From assembly GCA_964016885.1 (NCBI GenBank), contig OZ024740.1:271932001-271996000 (forward strand): DNA of 64,000 nucleotides. Direction: 5' to 3'. Source of the stretch: Eledone cirrhosa (taxonomy: Eukaryota). Under the pieces are notes generated by a model. It made no database searches. It had not been told where the DNA came from and was given only the letters and a program-made list of their open reading frames with translations. Position numbers and translations under genes: made by a program. Below, piece by piece: positions 1 through 55,556 of this stretch. Each line of letters starts with the position of its first letter. Positions within the stretch are counted from its first letter, which is position 1.

Positions 1-79
1 AGCAATAGGAAAATTAAAATGAAAACGGCTCCTTTTAATGAAACAAATTTCAATTCTATTATGTTTTTTTTTTTTGCAG

Positions 80-456
80 GGGAAAGACCATTTATTTGTA
101 GTAAGTGTAATAAGAAATTCAACCAGAAAAATGCCCTACAAATTCATCTAAAGCAGCATAGTGGAGAGAAACCGTACAAATGTACATACTGTGATTTAGC
201 TTTTATTCAAAGAGGGAACTTGAAAACACATATCAAGAGGGCACATCATGTGGACATGGTTCAATCCATGAACCTTCCTCGAACAATGCTTCCTGCTGCT
301 GGAACAACTGCCTGTATTTCTAATAATAGTACGACAAACAACACCACACCTACGTTAGGGGGCAGCACAACCACCACTTCTAAAGACAACTTGGACCTTG
401 TTGAACTATTTCAGAGAAATGAAATTAATACTTGGGAAATGGATGTTGATGTATGA
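80..456 (+). CDS. ZNF236: Last coding exon of a C2H2 zinc-finger protein, ZNF236-like (two terminal fingers plus T/N-rich tail)
   Basis: Acceptor (t)n-gcag ends at 79. Translation [59 protein letters not shown] at 454-456. C2H2 call is direct; ZNF236 is from recalled similarity to its last two fingers (FNQKSALQVH...HMKRAH), not searched. Confidence 0.75.
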
Positions 457-1849
457 CAGCAGGCGGGTGCTGGAGGAGTAGGTCATACCCAGTGGTAAAA
501 CTATGTGCAGAAGTTCTAATTTAAACTACTACCATTACTTTGAAGCTAAAAAAGGAGATAGAGAGTATCAATAAATACTCCTGATTTTGATTGTTTTCAG
601 TGAAACCTGTAAGAAATGTTAAGAAATACAGAAAAATAAAGAAAACAAAGAAAGGAGTAGGTGCTAAAGTAATGAAAACCTTGAAGAATATATATCTGTA
701 AAGGATATATATATTTGTTTTTGAGGGCCAGTATTTTCATTACATGAAATCCCTAAATTAACTAATACAGACACACATGTACACACACACATACACATAT
801 GTATATATATATATATATTTATTTATTATAATTAATTAGGGCAGTGGAGTTAGCACTGACAGAAAAGAGCTTGACTTCCCATTTCCGAGCTCCAAATCCT
901 GTCTGGTTAATTTTGCCCTTCCTCCCTCAAGTGGATCGATAAATATGGAGTACAAGTATTAATATTGACTGAGAGTTATTTCAAGCAACAGTACCATCTT
1001 GCTTTACAAAATTGCCCTGGCCTTGTGCCTGTGCTTAATCAATTCAATTAGGATCATTGTTGTTATTACATTTTTTTTTTTAACATAAAAAATAATCATG
1101 TGCTTTTCAGAATTTCTTTGGAATTTTGAGAAATATGTTAACTCCAGATTGTTGTTGCACTCCATCTCTGCTTTGATAAAGTGGCAACTATACACAGCAG
1201 ATTTTAAATTTACTGTACTATATACATCTCTTAAACATACAAGAACATTCATGCGTACACAAATATCAAAAACTTTCTAAAACTGTTGTTGACACAAATC
1301 TTGCCAGCTGCCTTAAGTTGTACAAAGAACTAACAAAAAAGACAGTAAAACAGCAACAAAAAATGATATGGACTATGATTAATACAGATTAATTGTTTCA
1401 GTAAAAATTAAGAAGAAAACAATATTTGTTGGAAATATATATATTTGTTGTTGTTATTGATTAACCCAAGCTAGGTCAGCACTGATTTAGCTGACCTCTC
1501 ATCAAAGGTATTCTAGCTTTGACTTTCCTGTCATTTATGTTTCTACAACTAAATTATTGAATGGCTTTTCTTTTTTTAGGATTGTAGTGTGTGATATTTA
1601 GGGGAGATTTAACTGGTATTTCAAACAACCCAAGTGACTATATAGAGGCTTTCTAGTTGGATTGTGTGTGTATTTGGTGATTCAGTAGAATTGTGGTTTA
1701 CTGAGGAAGGTACCAATATTAGCACTCTATACTATAGCAGAATGTATACATTAAGAAGAACAAAACGAGGTTTCACATGTAAAACCTTGTGAAGCGTACA
1801 TACAGTATGCCCCCCCCCATGAGGACAGGCCAAAGTAAATACATCCAGT

Positions 1850-2225
1850 GAAGCCCCCTGCCCACACTGTAAATTGATCGTGATGATGACATGGCCAGAA
1901 GTGCCCAGCCCACACTGTAAAGTGGTCGTGTAGGTGTCACAACAAAAAGCACCCAGCCCACACTGTAAAGTGGTTGTGTAGGTGCCTTGACAAAAAGCAC
2001 CCAGTCTACACTATAAAGTGGTTGTGTAGGCGTCATGACAAAAGGCACCCAGTACTCGCTGTAAATGAGGTTGGCATTAGGAAGGGCATCCAGCTGTAAA
2101 GACCAAACCAAAATCAGTTCTGTATGAGCAAGACAGGGTCACCTGACCTAGCATTGCCCACAACAGGACATCTCGTCTAACCCATGCTAGCGTAGAAGAA
2201 TGGACGTAAAACGGTCATGATGATT
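1850..2225 (+). mobile_element. SINE-like repeat with ~5 internal ~46-bp tandem units and (TGA)n-like tail (relatives at 4230-4330, 6165-6300, 40690-41080 on -)
   Basis: Repeated cacccagcccacactgtaaagtggt; ggttggcattaggaagggcatccagctgta; ccatgctagc...aaacg. Confidence 0.6.
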
Positions 2226-2254
2226 ATGTATATATATATATATATATTACAAGG

Positions 2255-2339
2255 GGTCTGACGAGCTGCGGATTACAGAGTCAGGTCAGATCGATACAGA
2301 TCGAACCTTGAGCTGGTCAGTGGCGAAACGCGCGTCACC
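2255..2339 (+). ncRNA. Type I hammerhead ribozyme motif
   Basis: ggt-CTGACGA(2258)-gctgc...gtggc-GAAA(2325)-cgcgcg-TC-acc; palindromic stem III, GUC site, short stem I. Confidence 0.65.
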
Positions 2340-3822
2340 AACCAATAAACGTAATGGAGTAACCAATCGTCCTTGTTATCTTATTTAACTATAATACACT
2401 CTGTATAGCTCTACACCTCGACACTGAAGTGAACCTAAACATCGAATGCTCACCCGGGTGAACCTACAGTAACTCCAAGTTATACTCCCTGGATATATAT
2501 ATCTTGTTTATTCTTCAGAGCAGTCCTGAATTGGGTTACCTTACAGAAGTGAGGGGGAGTGTCTTGGTACTTGGGTCATCTTTTTGTAATAGCTCTATGT
2601 ACCTTCAAATTTAGTCTTCAAATTTATTATTATTACTATATATATATAATAATAATAATAATGAAATTATAGGGAATATACGATCACTTGATGATAATTC
2701 TGTATGTTGTGTTAGTCATAATCTTTTTTTAGTAGAGGTTTTCTGGCTGGATGACCTTCCTATCATCAACCACTTTATGGCTTAGGTTAGGTACATTTTA
2801 TCTTGCCACCAGCTCTAGAGAAGTTGACTGTCAGGACTTAAGAGTCTTCTCTATCCTGTTATCCTGCATCAGTTTTAATTCATAGTAACTGCTCTTCTAG
2901 ATGGCTAGGCTTATCTGCAAATAACTGCCATTAAAGCATATCACTCGAGCAGGTAGAAGGAATGCTCTTCAGGTAGGTGGGGAGGAGTGAAATGGTGTGA
3001 CATGGTGATAGCCATCAACACATTTCCTGAAAACCTTTTCAGGGCAAAGAAGTTAAGAGAGTGTGTGTATAGCATTTAATATAACCTTTCATTTTTTTTC
3101 TAAAGATAGTATTGCAGCTTCTATTAGAAGGAAGCCACAGTAGAGATAGGCCAAGGAACACCTGGGCAGAGGTGGTGAGAGCTGATTTCAAATTGCTGAG
3201 ACTCACAGAGGAGATGGTAAAGGAACACAGAGAGTGGAAAGATGCTGTGCTGAAAAGGACCAGTCCAACCTTTGCGAGCGTGGAAAAATAGTCATAGAAA
3301 TGATGATGATGATGATGATAATATTCTTTTTTTTATTCTTTTACTGGTTTCAGTCGATAATATGGACCCTGGTAGGGTATAGCTTAAAAAAGATTTGGCT
3401 GGTAGTTTGAGTAGGATGAGGTGAACAACCATATAGAGAAACCACTGTTGTGGGCTCACTTTGAAGAGAGTCAAGTCAGGGTCAGGTCTTGAAGATGGAA
3501 CACAACCCATCAAGAAATATACACTTACAAACCAAGTTGTTTATATATCTACTAGAAAATTTATAGTGGTCTGTAAGCAATGGTTATTAATGATTTCTTT
3601 CTGTGGCTGTAAATTTAGAAAAGTTGAAGTTTTAACCATAGAGAAGCAATGAAAAGAATTGTAAAGGTTATTGCTTTTTAAAGTAAAAGTCGTTTATTTT
3701 GATAGCAGGGAAACCATTTTATAACCACAGCTTGCATTACAAATATTCTAGCATCAAAAATACATTTATGTCATTTTATTTCTTTAGAAACTATGATATT
3801 AAAAAAATACTGGTTATTTGAA

Positions 3823-3853
<31 letters not shown>

Positions 3854-3895
3854 TCATCCTCACTCACCATGTAAAATATCAAAACCATTTTATTT

Positions 3896-42624
<38,729 letters not shown>

Positions 42625-43557
42625 TACTATACTTCTTGTGGCATTGGCATCATTGCATAACCAACAAAAAAGTCGGATTACAAAGAACAAAATTTAATCT
42701 TCTGTTGATTGAACCAACTCAACGACGGTCATTTCCAGCAGTGATCGAATCTAATTTTGTGTATAATCTTTTTTTTCGTTTTCTGCCGTCCCTTTGTCTT
42801 AAATAACCTCAATCTTCTGTAGTAGACAGAAGGGTGTTTTCATATTCATTATATCATCAAAAGTTCTATTTAATTGTAATATTTACAGTGTCATGTACCT
42901 CCATGTGTACGTTTTTATTTTACTGTATTTCATTTAGTTTTAGTTTTCAAACAATCTCACTTTTCCGCTGTCAGAATAAATTTTCCCCTGTTCAAGGAAT
43001 ACTGTCTATTATAGTGTACTTCTTAGTTAATTCTCTTTCTATCTATTAGGCAACGAAAGATCAGATGTCGAAATAATGACCTGTAATATATAAACTTGAT
43101 GCTGCTGCTGCTGTTGTTGTAGTTGTTGCTGTTTATATGCTAGAGTTATATCTATTACACAGTGTGTGTAAAAAAAACAAACACAAAACCAAAACCAAAA
43201 CAAACAAACAAAAAAAAAATCCGAACAAAAATCTGTGAATGCTTCGAATATTTAGATAAGCTAATTAGTTCAACAACTAAACCATATCATCAACGAAAGA
43301 GGTTCTACGTAGTCGTTCGACCTTGAAATAACAAACAAATCTCCCTCAAATCACACCCTCGTTATTTTAATCCTGTCGAGGTTAACTTTGCATTTCAACC
43401 TTACGGGGTCGATAAAATAAAGTACCAGTAATGTACTGGGTAATTGCTGGCCTTGTGCCAAAAGTAGAAACAATTATTTTACTTCTTTTAAAAAGGGAAT
43501 GATTGATATGAGATAATATTGTAGCTCGAACAGAACTAACCTGGATATAACCAACAG

Positions 43558-43667
43558 AGAACAACAACAACAACAGCAACAACGACAACAACGACAACAA
43601 CAACAACAACGACAACAACAACAACAACAACACCAACGACAACAACAACACCAACGACAACAATGGC

Positions 43668-43702
<35 letters not shown>

Positions 43703-44149
43703 CGACGACAACAACAACAACAACGACAACAACAGCAACAACAGCAACGACAACAACGACAACAACAACAGCAACAACAACAACAACAACAACAGCAACA
43801 ACAGCAACAACAGCAATAACAACAACGACAACAACAACAGCAACAACAACAACTACAACAACAACTACAACACAACGACAACAACAACAACAAAACAACA
43901 ACAACAACAACAACAAAACAATAACAACAACAACACAACAACGACAACAGCAACAACACCAACAAAACAACAACAACAACAACAACACCAACAACAACAG
44001 CAACAACGACAACAACGACAACAACAACAGCAACAACAACAACTAGAACAACAACTACAACAACGACAACAACAACAAAACAACAACAACAACAACAAAA
44101 CAATAACAACAACAAAACAACAACTACAACAACGACAACAACACCAACA

Positions 44150-44180
<31 letters not shown>
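43558..44180 (+). repeat. Degenerate (AAC)n array
   Basis: Direct reading. Confidence 0.95.
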
Positions 44181-44181
<1 letters not shown>

Positions 44182-44734
44182 CGTATAAAGTAAATACCAA
44201 AAGAAAATCTTTATTTTATGAGGAAGGAAATAAAGAAGGTCATATATGTTTGATCTTTATTCCATCATAGATACGTAATAGAGAACTAATGATTTATTGT
44301 TTCTACTCATGGCGCAAGGCCGCCAGCAATTATCCCAGTGTATTACTGGTACTTTATTTTATCGACCCCGTAAGGATGAAAGGCAAAGTTAACCTCGGCG
44401 GGATTTGAACTCAGATCATAAGGGGTGTAACTCTATGCTGCAAAGCATGTCGTCCGACCCTCTACCGATACTGCCTTTCATCCTTATGGGGTCGATAAAA
44501 TAAAGTACCAGTCACGCACTGGGGACGATTTAATCAACCCCCCCCCCCCCAAATTACTGGCCTTGTGCCTGTATAAGAAACCATTATTTATTTATACATC
44601 ACTACGGACGTTTCAACGCCGCTAAACTATCACATCCATTTATGGAGAAAACTGGATATTACCAGTTAGTTATTTACTCTATTATAGGTACTCTACCCAA
44701 ACCGTATCTCTTAACAATATATATATATATATAT

Positions 44735-44920
44735 GCGGTGGACTGGCAGTATCGGTAGAGGGTCGGACGCCATGCTTTGACGCTTAGAGTTACGGCCCTT
44801 GCCATTCTGAGTTCAAATCCCGCCGAGGTTAACTTTGCCTTTCATCCTTACGGGGTCGATAAAATAAAGTACCAGTAATGCACTGGGTAATTGCTGGCCT
44901 TGTGCCTAAAGTAGAAACAA
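44735..44920 (+). mobile_element. tRNA-derived SINE, representative copy (>=15 copies, e.g. 8375-8590-, 10580-10770+, 24425-24612-, 27705-27930-, 30465-30670+, 44295-44480-)
   Basis: A-box-like tggcagtatcgg, B-box gagttcaaatcc, conserved body aactttgcctttcatccttacggggtcgataaaataaagtaccag, tail gctggccttgtgcctaaagtagaaac. Confidence 0.85.
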
Positions 44921-45392
44921 ATATATATATATATACTAAAATATTACAATAAATTGATTAATATCACGAGACAAATTATCAAGAATAATAGAGGATTCAA
45001 GGCATAAAAATCAAGGTACATTCAAGCATGGAACTTTAATTTATATTAAAATTAATTAATAAAACACATACATACATAGACACACACACACGTAAATATA
45101 CAGACACACACACTCACACGCACACGGACAACATACACACATATATATATATATCTTATATCAATCAAAAACTTATATCTAATATGCCAAGACTCGAACC
45201 TAATACCAAGAATTAAAAAAAAACTTATACTTTCTAGATCCTATCAAACATTTAATTTTTTAAATGGAATCTAAAAAGCCCCCCCAACAAACCCCAAATT
45301 AAAAAAACCAACGAAACAGTAAAAGAATAATAAACAAAAATAATTTCAATGCTTTATCTCTTCTTCCCTCTCTTTTCTATGTATATAATGTA

Positions 45393-45429
<37 letters not shown>

Positions 45430-45488
45430 TTATATATGTTTGTGTGTATGCATAAATATACATGGGTATACATACATATACGTTAAAC

Positions 45489-45532
<44 letters not shown>

Positions 45533-45539
45533 GTTAAAC

Positions 45540-45578
<39 letters not shown>

Positions 45579-45610
45579 GTATGTGTGTGTCCATATATAT
45601 GTATGTACAG

Positions 45611-45666
<56 letters not shown>

Positions 45667-45730
45667 TTTGTATATATATATATGTATATATATATATATA
45701 GTTATATATATATATATATACACGGATACG

Positions 45731-45807
<77 letters not shown>

Positions 45808-46031
45808 AACATGTACACATGCATATAATGTGTATGTGTGTATGTGTACATGTGTGTGTTTGTCTTCTGATTGTTAGGTTTTGTGGCTAAGTTTAACAAC
45901 ACTTGTGATAATGAAATGAATAAATGCTTATTTCGATAGGTAAGATAAAGACATTTCTTTTTCGACGGTAGGGTTGGAGTAGGGTGAGGGTGGAGAGGAA
46001 TTGAAGGACGTTTTATATACACATGACGACG

Positions 46032-46066
<35 letters not shown>

Positions 46067-46167
46067 CTCTTAAAAAGAAAAGCAGAGGAACAAAAGCTGA
46101 AAGACTTCTGCAAGAATCTTTTGATATATTAAATGTCTTTATTATCGTATATATTTCCTTATTAAGG

Positions 46168-46227
<60 letters not shown>

Positions 46228-46235
46228 TCCCCCCC

Positions 46236-46346
<111 letters not shown>

Positions 46347-46365
46347 ATATGCATATATATGTATC

Positions 46366-46396
<31 letters not shown>

Positions 46397-46402
46397 TGTA
46401 TG

Positions 46403-46448
<46 letters not shown>

Positions 46449-46546
46449 ATATATGTATATATATACATGTATATATATATGTATATATATATATAATATA
46501 TATGTGTGTATATATATATACATACATAATATATGTATATATATAC

Positions 46547-46607
<61 letters not shown>

Positions 46608-46676
46608 TAAATATATATATTATAATATATGTATATATATACCCGTAGATATATATATATACATATATATATATGT

Positions 46677-46753
<77 letters not shown>

Positions 46754-46760
46754 TATATAC

Positions 46761-46845
<85 letters not shown>

Positions 46846-46867
46846 ATATGTATATATATACCCGTAG

Positions 46868-46901
<34 letters not shown>

Positions 46902-46936
46902 GTGTATATATATATATATATACACATATATATATG

Positions 46937-46968
<32 letters not shown>

Positions 46969-46990
46969 TACATATACCTGTATATATATA

Positions 46991-47060
<70 letters not shown>

Positions 47061-47096
47061 GTATATATATACCGGTAGACATATATATATATATAC

Positions 47097-47145
<49 letters not shown>

Positions 47146-47216
47146 TATATATGTATATAAATATATATATGTATATATATATATATATATATACCTGTAT
47201 ATATATATATATATAT

Positions 47217-47288
<72 letters not shown>

Positions 47289-47320
47289 ATATATATATAT
47301 ACACACATACCCCCCCCCCC

Positions 47321-47389
<69 letters not shown>

Positions 47390-47509
47390 TCTCGTTGCCA
47401 GTGTAGCTATATCTCGGTAATTAAGGAACGGTTCCGTGTTTTAACGTCAGCTATAAACATATACACCATACCTGCCAACCATTGTCATTATTGTTCATGT
47501 TGATGATGA

Positions 47510-47543
<34 letters not shown>

Positions 47544-47561
47544 CTTCTTCTTCTTCTTCTT

Positions 47562-47592
<31 letters not shown>

Positions 47593-47938
47593 TTATTATT
47601 ATTATTATTACTATTACTATTATTATTGCGCTGTATTAACACCTGTTTTGACATACAGTGCTATATTCGGATTTATTCTTTCAATATGGTTTGATTTTAT
47701 TTCTTTCTGTTTCTTTCTCACTATCATCTATAAAAAAAGCCCGCCCTGCCTCCGCCTAACAAACAAACCAACAGATCATTTGTACATATGAATTGAACTT
47801 GTCAATTTAGTCTGGTATGTGCTTTTGTGGTTGTGTAGGCAGAAGCAGACGTGTTCTTAAAGTGTAAAGCTAGAACTGTGAAGAGAATAATGAAGAATTG
47901 GGATACAACAAATTTCTATGTATGGAACGAGAAAGCCA

Positions 47939-48006
<68 letters not shown>

Positions 48007-48109
48007 GAGTAAGTTGGGTTCATTCAATGCATACACACACATACCTACATAGATACATACATACACACATACATACATATATATATATATATACATATGC
48101 GTGTATGTG

Positions 48110-48141
<32 letters not shown>

Positions 48142-48452
48142 CGTGTGCGTATATAAATATATATAGTGTTCGCATGTATCTGTGTATTTCTTTATATTGT
48201 TTATAACTCCCTATGGTAGAGTAACCATTGAAGTGTAGTGACTGCTGGAAAGCTATCATTACTCAAACTTCTAGCCATCCTAGCCATCTCTTCTACGGCT
48301 TTGATATAAATACCCCCTCCGCCTTTGTGGTATTTTTTTCTTGGTTGTAAGCTCTGTTTCTTGACCGCTGTATCACGTGATTGACTCCCCCTCCGCCTTT
48401 CGGGATTCTATCTCGCGTCCTACGGATGTGTTTTGAAACTCTAAATGAGGTA

Positions 48453-48545
48453 TCCTCTTGATAAGTCGGCAAACCTCACAAAAATACTGTATCTCTGTGA
48501 TGTAGTGTTTTTGCATAATATGCCACGAAACTACGTAGTCGAGGA
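48453..48545 (+). ncRNA. Degenerate hammerhead with extended stem II
   Basis: tcctc-ttgataa(mutated core)-gtcggca...tgccac-GAAA-ctacgtag-TC-gagga. Confidence 0.5.
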
Positions 48546-48787
48546 GTAGTGAAGAAATTTGGGTATGGTATATCTTATTAATTATAGCTAATGTTTCTTC
48601 TTTCTTTATAATGTATTATATAGCTCTGATACTGAATCAATCTAATCCATTCGAATTATTTTGTCCCAGTTATTCATAGAGCAACAACGGTTGAGGTTGG
48701 CACCACAAATTCAGGGATATATGTGGATATATTCATGCATATGTATGTGTTCGCATGTATCTGTAGTATTTCTTTATATTGTATATA

Positions 48788-48854
<67 letters not shown>

Positions 48855-48928
48855 TATATGTATATATATATATATATATATATAAATATATATATGTATA
48901 TATATATATATATATAAATATATATATG

Positions 48929-48959
<31 letters not shown>

Positions 48960-48972
48960 GTATATATATATA

Positions 48973-49220
<248 letters not shown>

Positions 49221-49770
49221 CGCACACACATCATTATACACGGGTGTGTATGATTTGTGTATAGAAGATTATATTAATAAAAGGAATTCCAACTTTGTCT
49301 GGTTTACTCGTTTTATTTACAATCTTTTGAAATTATAATGATATTATAATGAAATAGTATGGTAGAATATTAAATGTTAAATGTTAATTGAACAAGTACT
49401 TTCATGATTTCGCAATCTTTAGGTTCATATTCAGTGGTGAGAGTCAAGTTTGCAATTTTTAACTGTAATGAGATGGCTAAAATCTGTGCCTTATATACAG
49501 TAAAAAGGGGTTACAGAATGCTAAGTTTTGCAAACTGTATTTCAACCAATCGGTGTGTGGTTTGATAAGTACCAAAAAGTACGAAACAGGACTCTGTCAG
49601 TTTATCTCACCTGTTTTCTGAAAATTTAAATAAGTAACATTGTCACTATTTTAAAACAATAGCGTATGGTCTTCAAAAATCTTTTAATTAAGCATACAGT
49701 GTATTGCAAAATACACTATATATACATTCATATATATATCGCTATTTCAGAGCACCAATTCTAATTTTAT

Positions 49771-49808
<38 letters not shown>

Positions 49809-49994
49809 ATATACGCACACACACACACATATATATATACACACATACACGCATATGTAGATATATATATGTATGTATGTATGTGTGTATGTATGTATCT
49901 ATGTAGGTATGTGTGTGTATGCATTGCATGTACCCAACTTACTCATGTATATATATATATATACATATATATATACAATGTATACTTTGCTCTA

Positions 49995-50094
<100 letters not shown>

Positions 50095-50113
50095 ATATAT
50101 ATATATATATATA

Positions 50114-50257
<144 letters not shown>

Positions 50258-50280
50258 TATATATATATATATATATATAT

Positions 50281-50326
<46 letters not shown>

Positions 50327-50354
50327 ATCAAAAGATGGTTAAATGAGCTCCATG

Positions 50355-50425
50355 TATTTTATTATGCGCATTTCAAAAACAAATATCATCATGCAATAAC
50401 ATTTGTGTTTTCATCAGATAAAATA
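50355..50425 (-). ncRNA. Type I minimal hammerhead ribozyme (intact)
   Basis: Reverse complement: tattttat-CTGATGA-aaacacaaatgttatt...gatatttgttttt-GAAA-tgcgca-TA-ataaaata. Confidence 0.78.
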
Positions 50426-50555
50426 GGAAGACATGATATGAAGGTTAAAAACACTTGTGGATAGTGCAGTTTTAAACCAGTCCTACAAACTGTAGATTGC
50501 TTCTTATCCGATATCTGCATTGCTTTATTGTACTACAATAAAACTCACCTCCTAC

Positions 50556-50606
<51 letters not shown>

Positions 50607-50856
50607 TATTTATATATATATACAATATATATAAACGGGATTTGAAATGTGTGCGTCCCAATGAAACTGATTATAATTATAGTGAATCAGTATAAATAAT
50701 AGTTAATCAAAAAGTGAACATTTTTTCTCTGTCCAGGGAACATATACAGGATTATTTAAACAATTCTTTCTAGTGATCGATTATTATTATGGTTATATAT
50801 ATTGGGACGTCACCTTTCAAATTCCAAATTTCCCAATGCTGCTTAAATCAACCGCT

Positions 50857-50928
<72 letters not shown>

Positions 50929-50931
<3 letters not shown>

Positions 50932-51073
50932 TTAAAATAACAGATTAAAGTTTAAGCAAAGAATCGCTGCTTTCACCCTTAACGGGATCTTCTGAAACTC
51001 TGAGTTTCAGAAGATCCCGTTAAGGGTGAAAGCAGCGATTCTTTGCTTAAACTTTAATCTGTTATTTTAATAA
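50929..51073. repeat. Perfect palindrome, 72-bp arms, 1-nt spacer
   Basis: Centre at 51001. Confidence 0.95.
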
Positions 51074-51160
51074 ATATTTGCTTTACGGTTCTTATATATT
51101 TGATATATATTTATCCTTATCGAGCCCTCTTTGGAGTTTAGTCTTCAAATTTATTATTAT

Positions 51161-51201
<41 letters not shown>

Positions 51202-51202
51202 A

Positions 51203-51324
<122 letters not shown>

Positions 51325-51481
51325 GTGTGTGCGTGTGTATATTTGTACACACACACACACACACACGTATATATATATATATTTATAGAGAGAGAGAGTT
51401 AGAGAAAGAGTTAGAGAAAGAGAGACAAAAAGACAAAAAACAGGTAGAAATGCACACACAGACACATACAAGGACAGACCC

Positions 51482-51514
<33 letters not shown>

Positions 51515-51563
51515 TATATATGTTATATGTATATACACACACACACACACACACATATATATG

Positions 51564-51595
<32 letters not shown>

Positions 51596-51685
51596 TAAAT
51601 ATATATATATAAATATATAGATGTGTATGTATGTGTGTAGTATATATATATATATGTATGTGTGTGTGTATATATATATATAAAT

Positions 51686-51724
<39 letters not shown>

Positions 51725-51742
51725 GATGTGTATGTATGTGTG

Positions 51743-51799
<57 letters not shown>

Positions 51800-51810
51800 A
51801 TGTATGTGTG

Positions 51811-51889
<79 letters not shown>

Positions 51890-52064
51890 ATATATATATA
51901 AATATATATATAAATATATATATAAATATATAGATGTGTATGTATATATATATTATATACTATATATATATATATATATTATATGTATGTGAGGTGTATA
52001 TATATATAAATATATATTATAAATATATATATAAATATATATATAAAATATATAGATGTGTATG

Positions 52065-52103
<39 letters not shown>

Positions 52104-52217
52104 CGAAAAAGAAAGGAAAGCGTGTATTTCCGGCAGTATAATAATGTAGAGTCAGTTCTTGAAATCGTCGGGACATTTCCGAAGACAAAACTCAACAGCA
52201 TCGAAGCAATGAAGTAG

Positions 52218-52321
<104 letters not shown>

Positions 52322-52487
52322 GTGATAATAATAACGATCATGATGCTTATTCACTAAAAAAAAAGTAAATAAATATGGAACGATGAAAGGAAAAAAATGT
52401 GATATCTGTCAACGAAAGGTTTGAGACATTGAAAAGAAGCGAAAAGATGAAAACTGTTGAAGCTTAAATACACACACACACACACAC

Positions 52488-52554
<67 letters not shown>

Positions 52555-52597
52555 TACAGACAGACAGACAGACAGACAGACACACACACACACACAC

Positions 52598-52716
<119 letters not shown>

Positions 52717-52864
52717 GGACAAACACACACATACGTGCGTGCGCCATACATCATATAAAACGTGACTGTTGAATAGAAATAGCGTTAAACTACAATGAAC
52801 ATCCATGGACAATATGTTCGTTTGTATGTTTGTATGTATGTTTATATATATGTATGTATGTTTA

Positions 52865-52900
<36 letters not shown>

Positions 52901-52914
52901 TGTATGTATGTATG

Positions 52915-53065
<151 letters not shown>

Positions 53066-53160
53066 GTGTATATGTGTATATATATGTATATAGATATATG
53101 TGTATAAATACATATGTATATATACAAATATTATTTATATATATATATATATATGTATAT

Positions 53161-53191
<31 letters not shown>

Positions 53192-53199
53192 TATTATAC

Positions 53200-53271
<72 letters not shown>

Positions 53272-53274
53272 TAC

Positions 53275-53389
<115 letters not shown>

Positions 53390-53406
53390 TATATATATAT
53401 ATATAT

Positions 53407-53458
<52 letters not shown>

Positions 53459-53459
53459 C

Positions 53460-53592
<133 letters not shown>

Positions 53593-54114
53593 CATATATA
53601 TTTACAATTTACATATATGCACATTGTACATATATACATATATATATAAACACATACTCAGAGTGGTGCACAAATTTAGAAATTCCTATAACAATATAAT
53701 GGCACAAATTATGAAGCAGATTAATGAAAGACGTGCACAGTCATGGTGTAATGTTCGAAGAAACACGCCATTTTCTAAAAGAGGATTGTCTTCGAGATTG
53801 TTAAGGAGAGAAAATGTAGAAAGAACTGTGACAGGGAGAGAGAGGAGTGAATGAGGGAGAGATAGAGAGTGGGGATTGAGGAAGAACTGGAGATATAAAT
53901 TCCTTCTTCCAAGTAGTGTTCCATTTAGCCGTTGGCTGAAAACAACGTTGAAGAGTTTTCATAAAGCTGATAATGGCGGAGGTGGTAATGGCGGACGGTG
54001 GTGGTTGTTGTGGTGATGAGGGTAGTGATAGTAGTTAAGGAAATGGTATGTTGTGGCTGGCAAGTGAGCGATAGGGAGGAAGTAATGATGTAATGGTAGG
54101 ATAAATGGAACAAG

Positions 54115-54243
<129 letters not shown>

Positions 54244-54271
54244 CGCGTGTGTGCGCGTGTGTGTATGCGTG

Positions 54272-54303
<32 letters not shown>

Positions 54304-54403
54304 CATATATATATATATGTTCAATGTATACGCATTTTGATTACCTGTACAGGCAATGTTTATTAGAATGCTGTTGAAGTGTGTATACATTTTTTGGGAC
54401 ACC

Positions 54404-54504
<101 letters not shown>

Positions 54505-54516
54505 ACTATATATATG

Positions 54517-54547
<31 letters not shown>

Positions 54548-54578
54548 GTATATATATATATGTATATATATATATATG

Positions 54579-54624
<46 letters not shown>

Positions 54625-55172
54625 TATATGAATGAGAGAGACGGGGGTGTTTGGTTGTAGATGGGAAGAGACATCCGAGACAAAGAAAATAAATTTAGAG
54701 AACACTCTGTCATGACTAAACCTTTAAATAACATATGATTACGTTGCTAATAATGATGATAATAATAAGATTAATAATAAGATTAATAATAAAGATGATA
54801 CTGATAATACTTTCTTTATTAACTACAAGGGTTTACATAGAGTAGACGATAGTGATAATGTTAATGAATACTGATGAAGAGGTATCATGGGCAGCGGTCG
54901 TCAGTGAATATAATGGTTGTGGTTGGCAAAGGAAATTTTTGTGGGCCGTGGTTGTTGTTGTTGTGGTAGTGGTGGTGTTGGCAGTATTTAACACGGTAGT
55001 GAGAGCGATTCGTGACGATTGTTATCATTTTGATGATGATAATGATGATGATGATGATGGTGATGATAATAATTGTTTCTACTTTTGGCACAAGGCCAGC
55101 AAATTACCCAGTGCATTACTGGTACTTTATTTTATCGATCCCCCGTAAGGATGGAAGGCAAAGTTAATCTCA

Positions 55173-55236
<64 letters not shown>

Positions 55237-55308
55237 GTGGTAGTGATGATGATAATGATGACGATGATGATGATGATGATGATGATGATGGTGGTAGTGA
55301 TGATGATA

Positions 55309-55350
<42 letters not shown>

Positions 55351-55495
55351 GCGATGATGATGATGTTTTGCTCAAGAACACAACGCGCAATCCAGGAATC
55401 GAACCCACGATATTATGATCGTAAGTCCAACACTTTTACCAACAGGCTACGTGCCTCCACACACACACACGCGCAGGCACACGCACGCAGACGCG

Positions 55496-55556
<61 letters not shown>

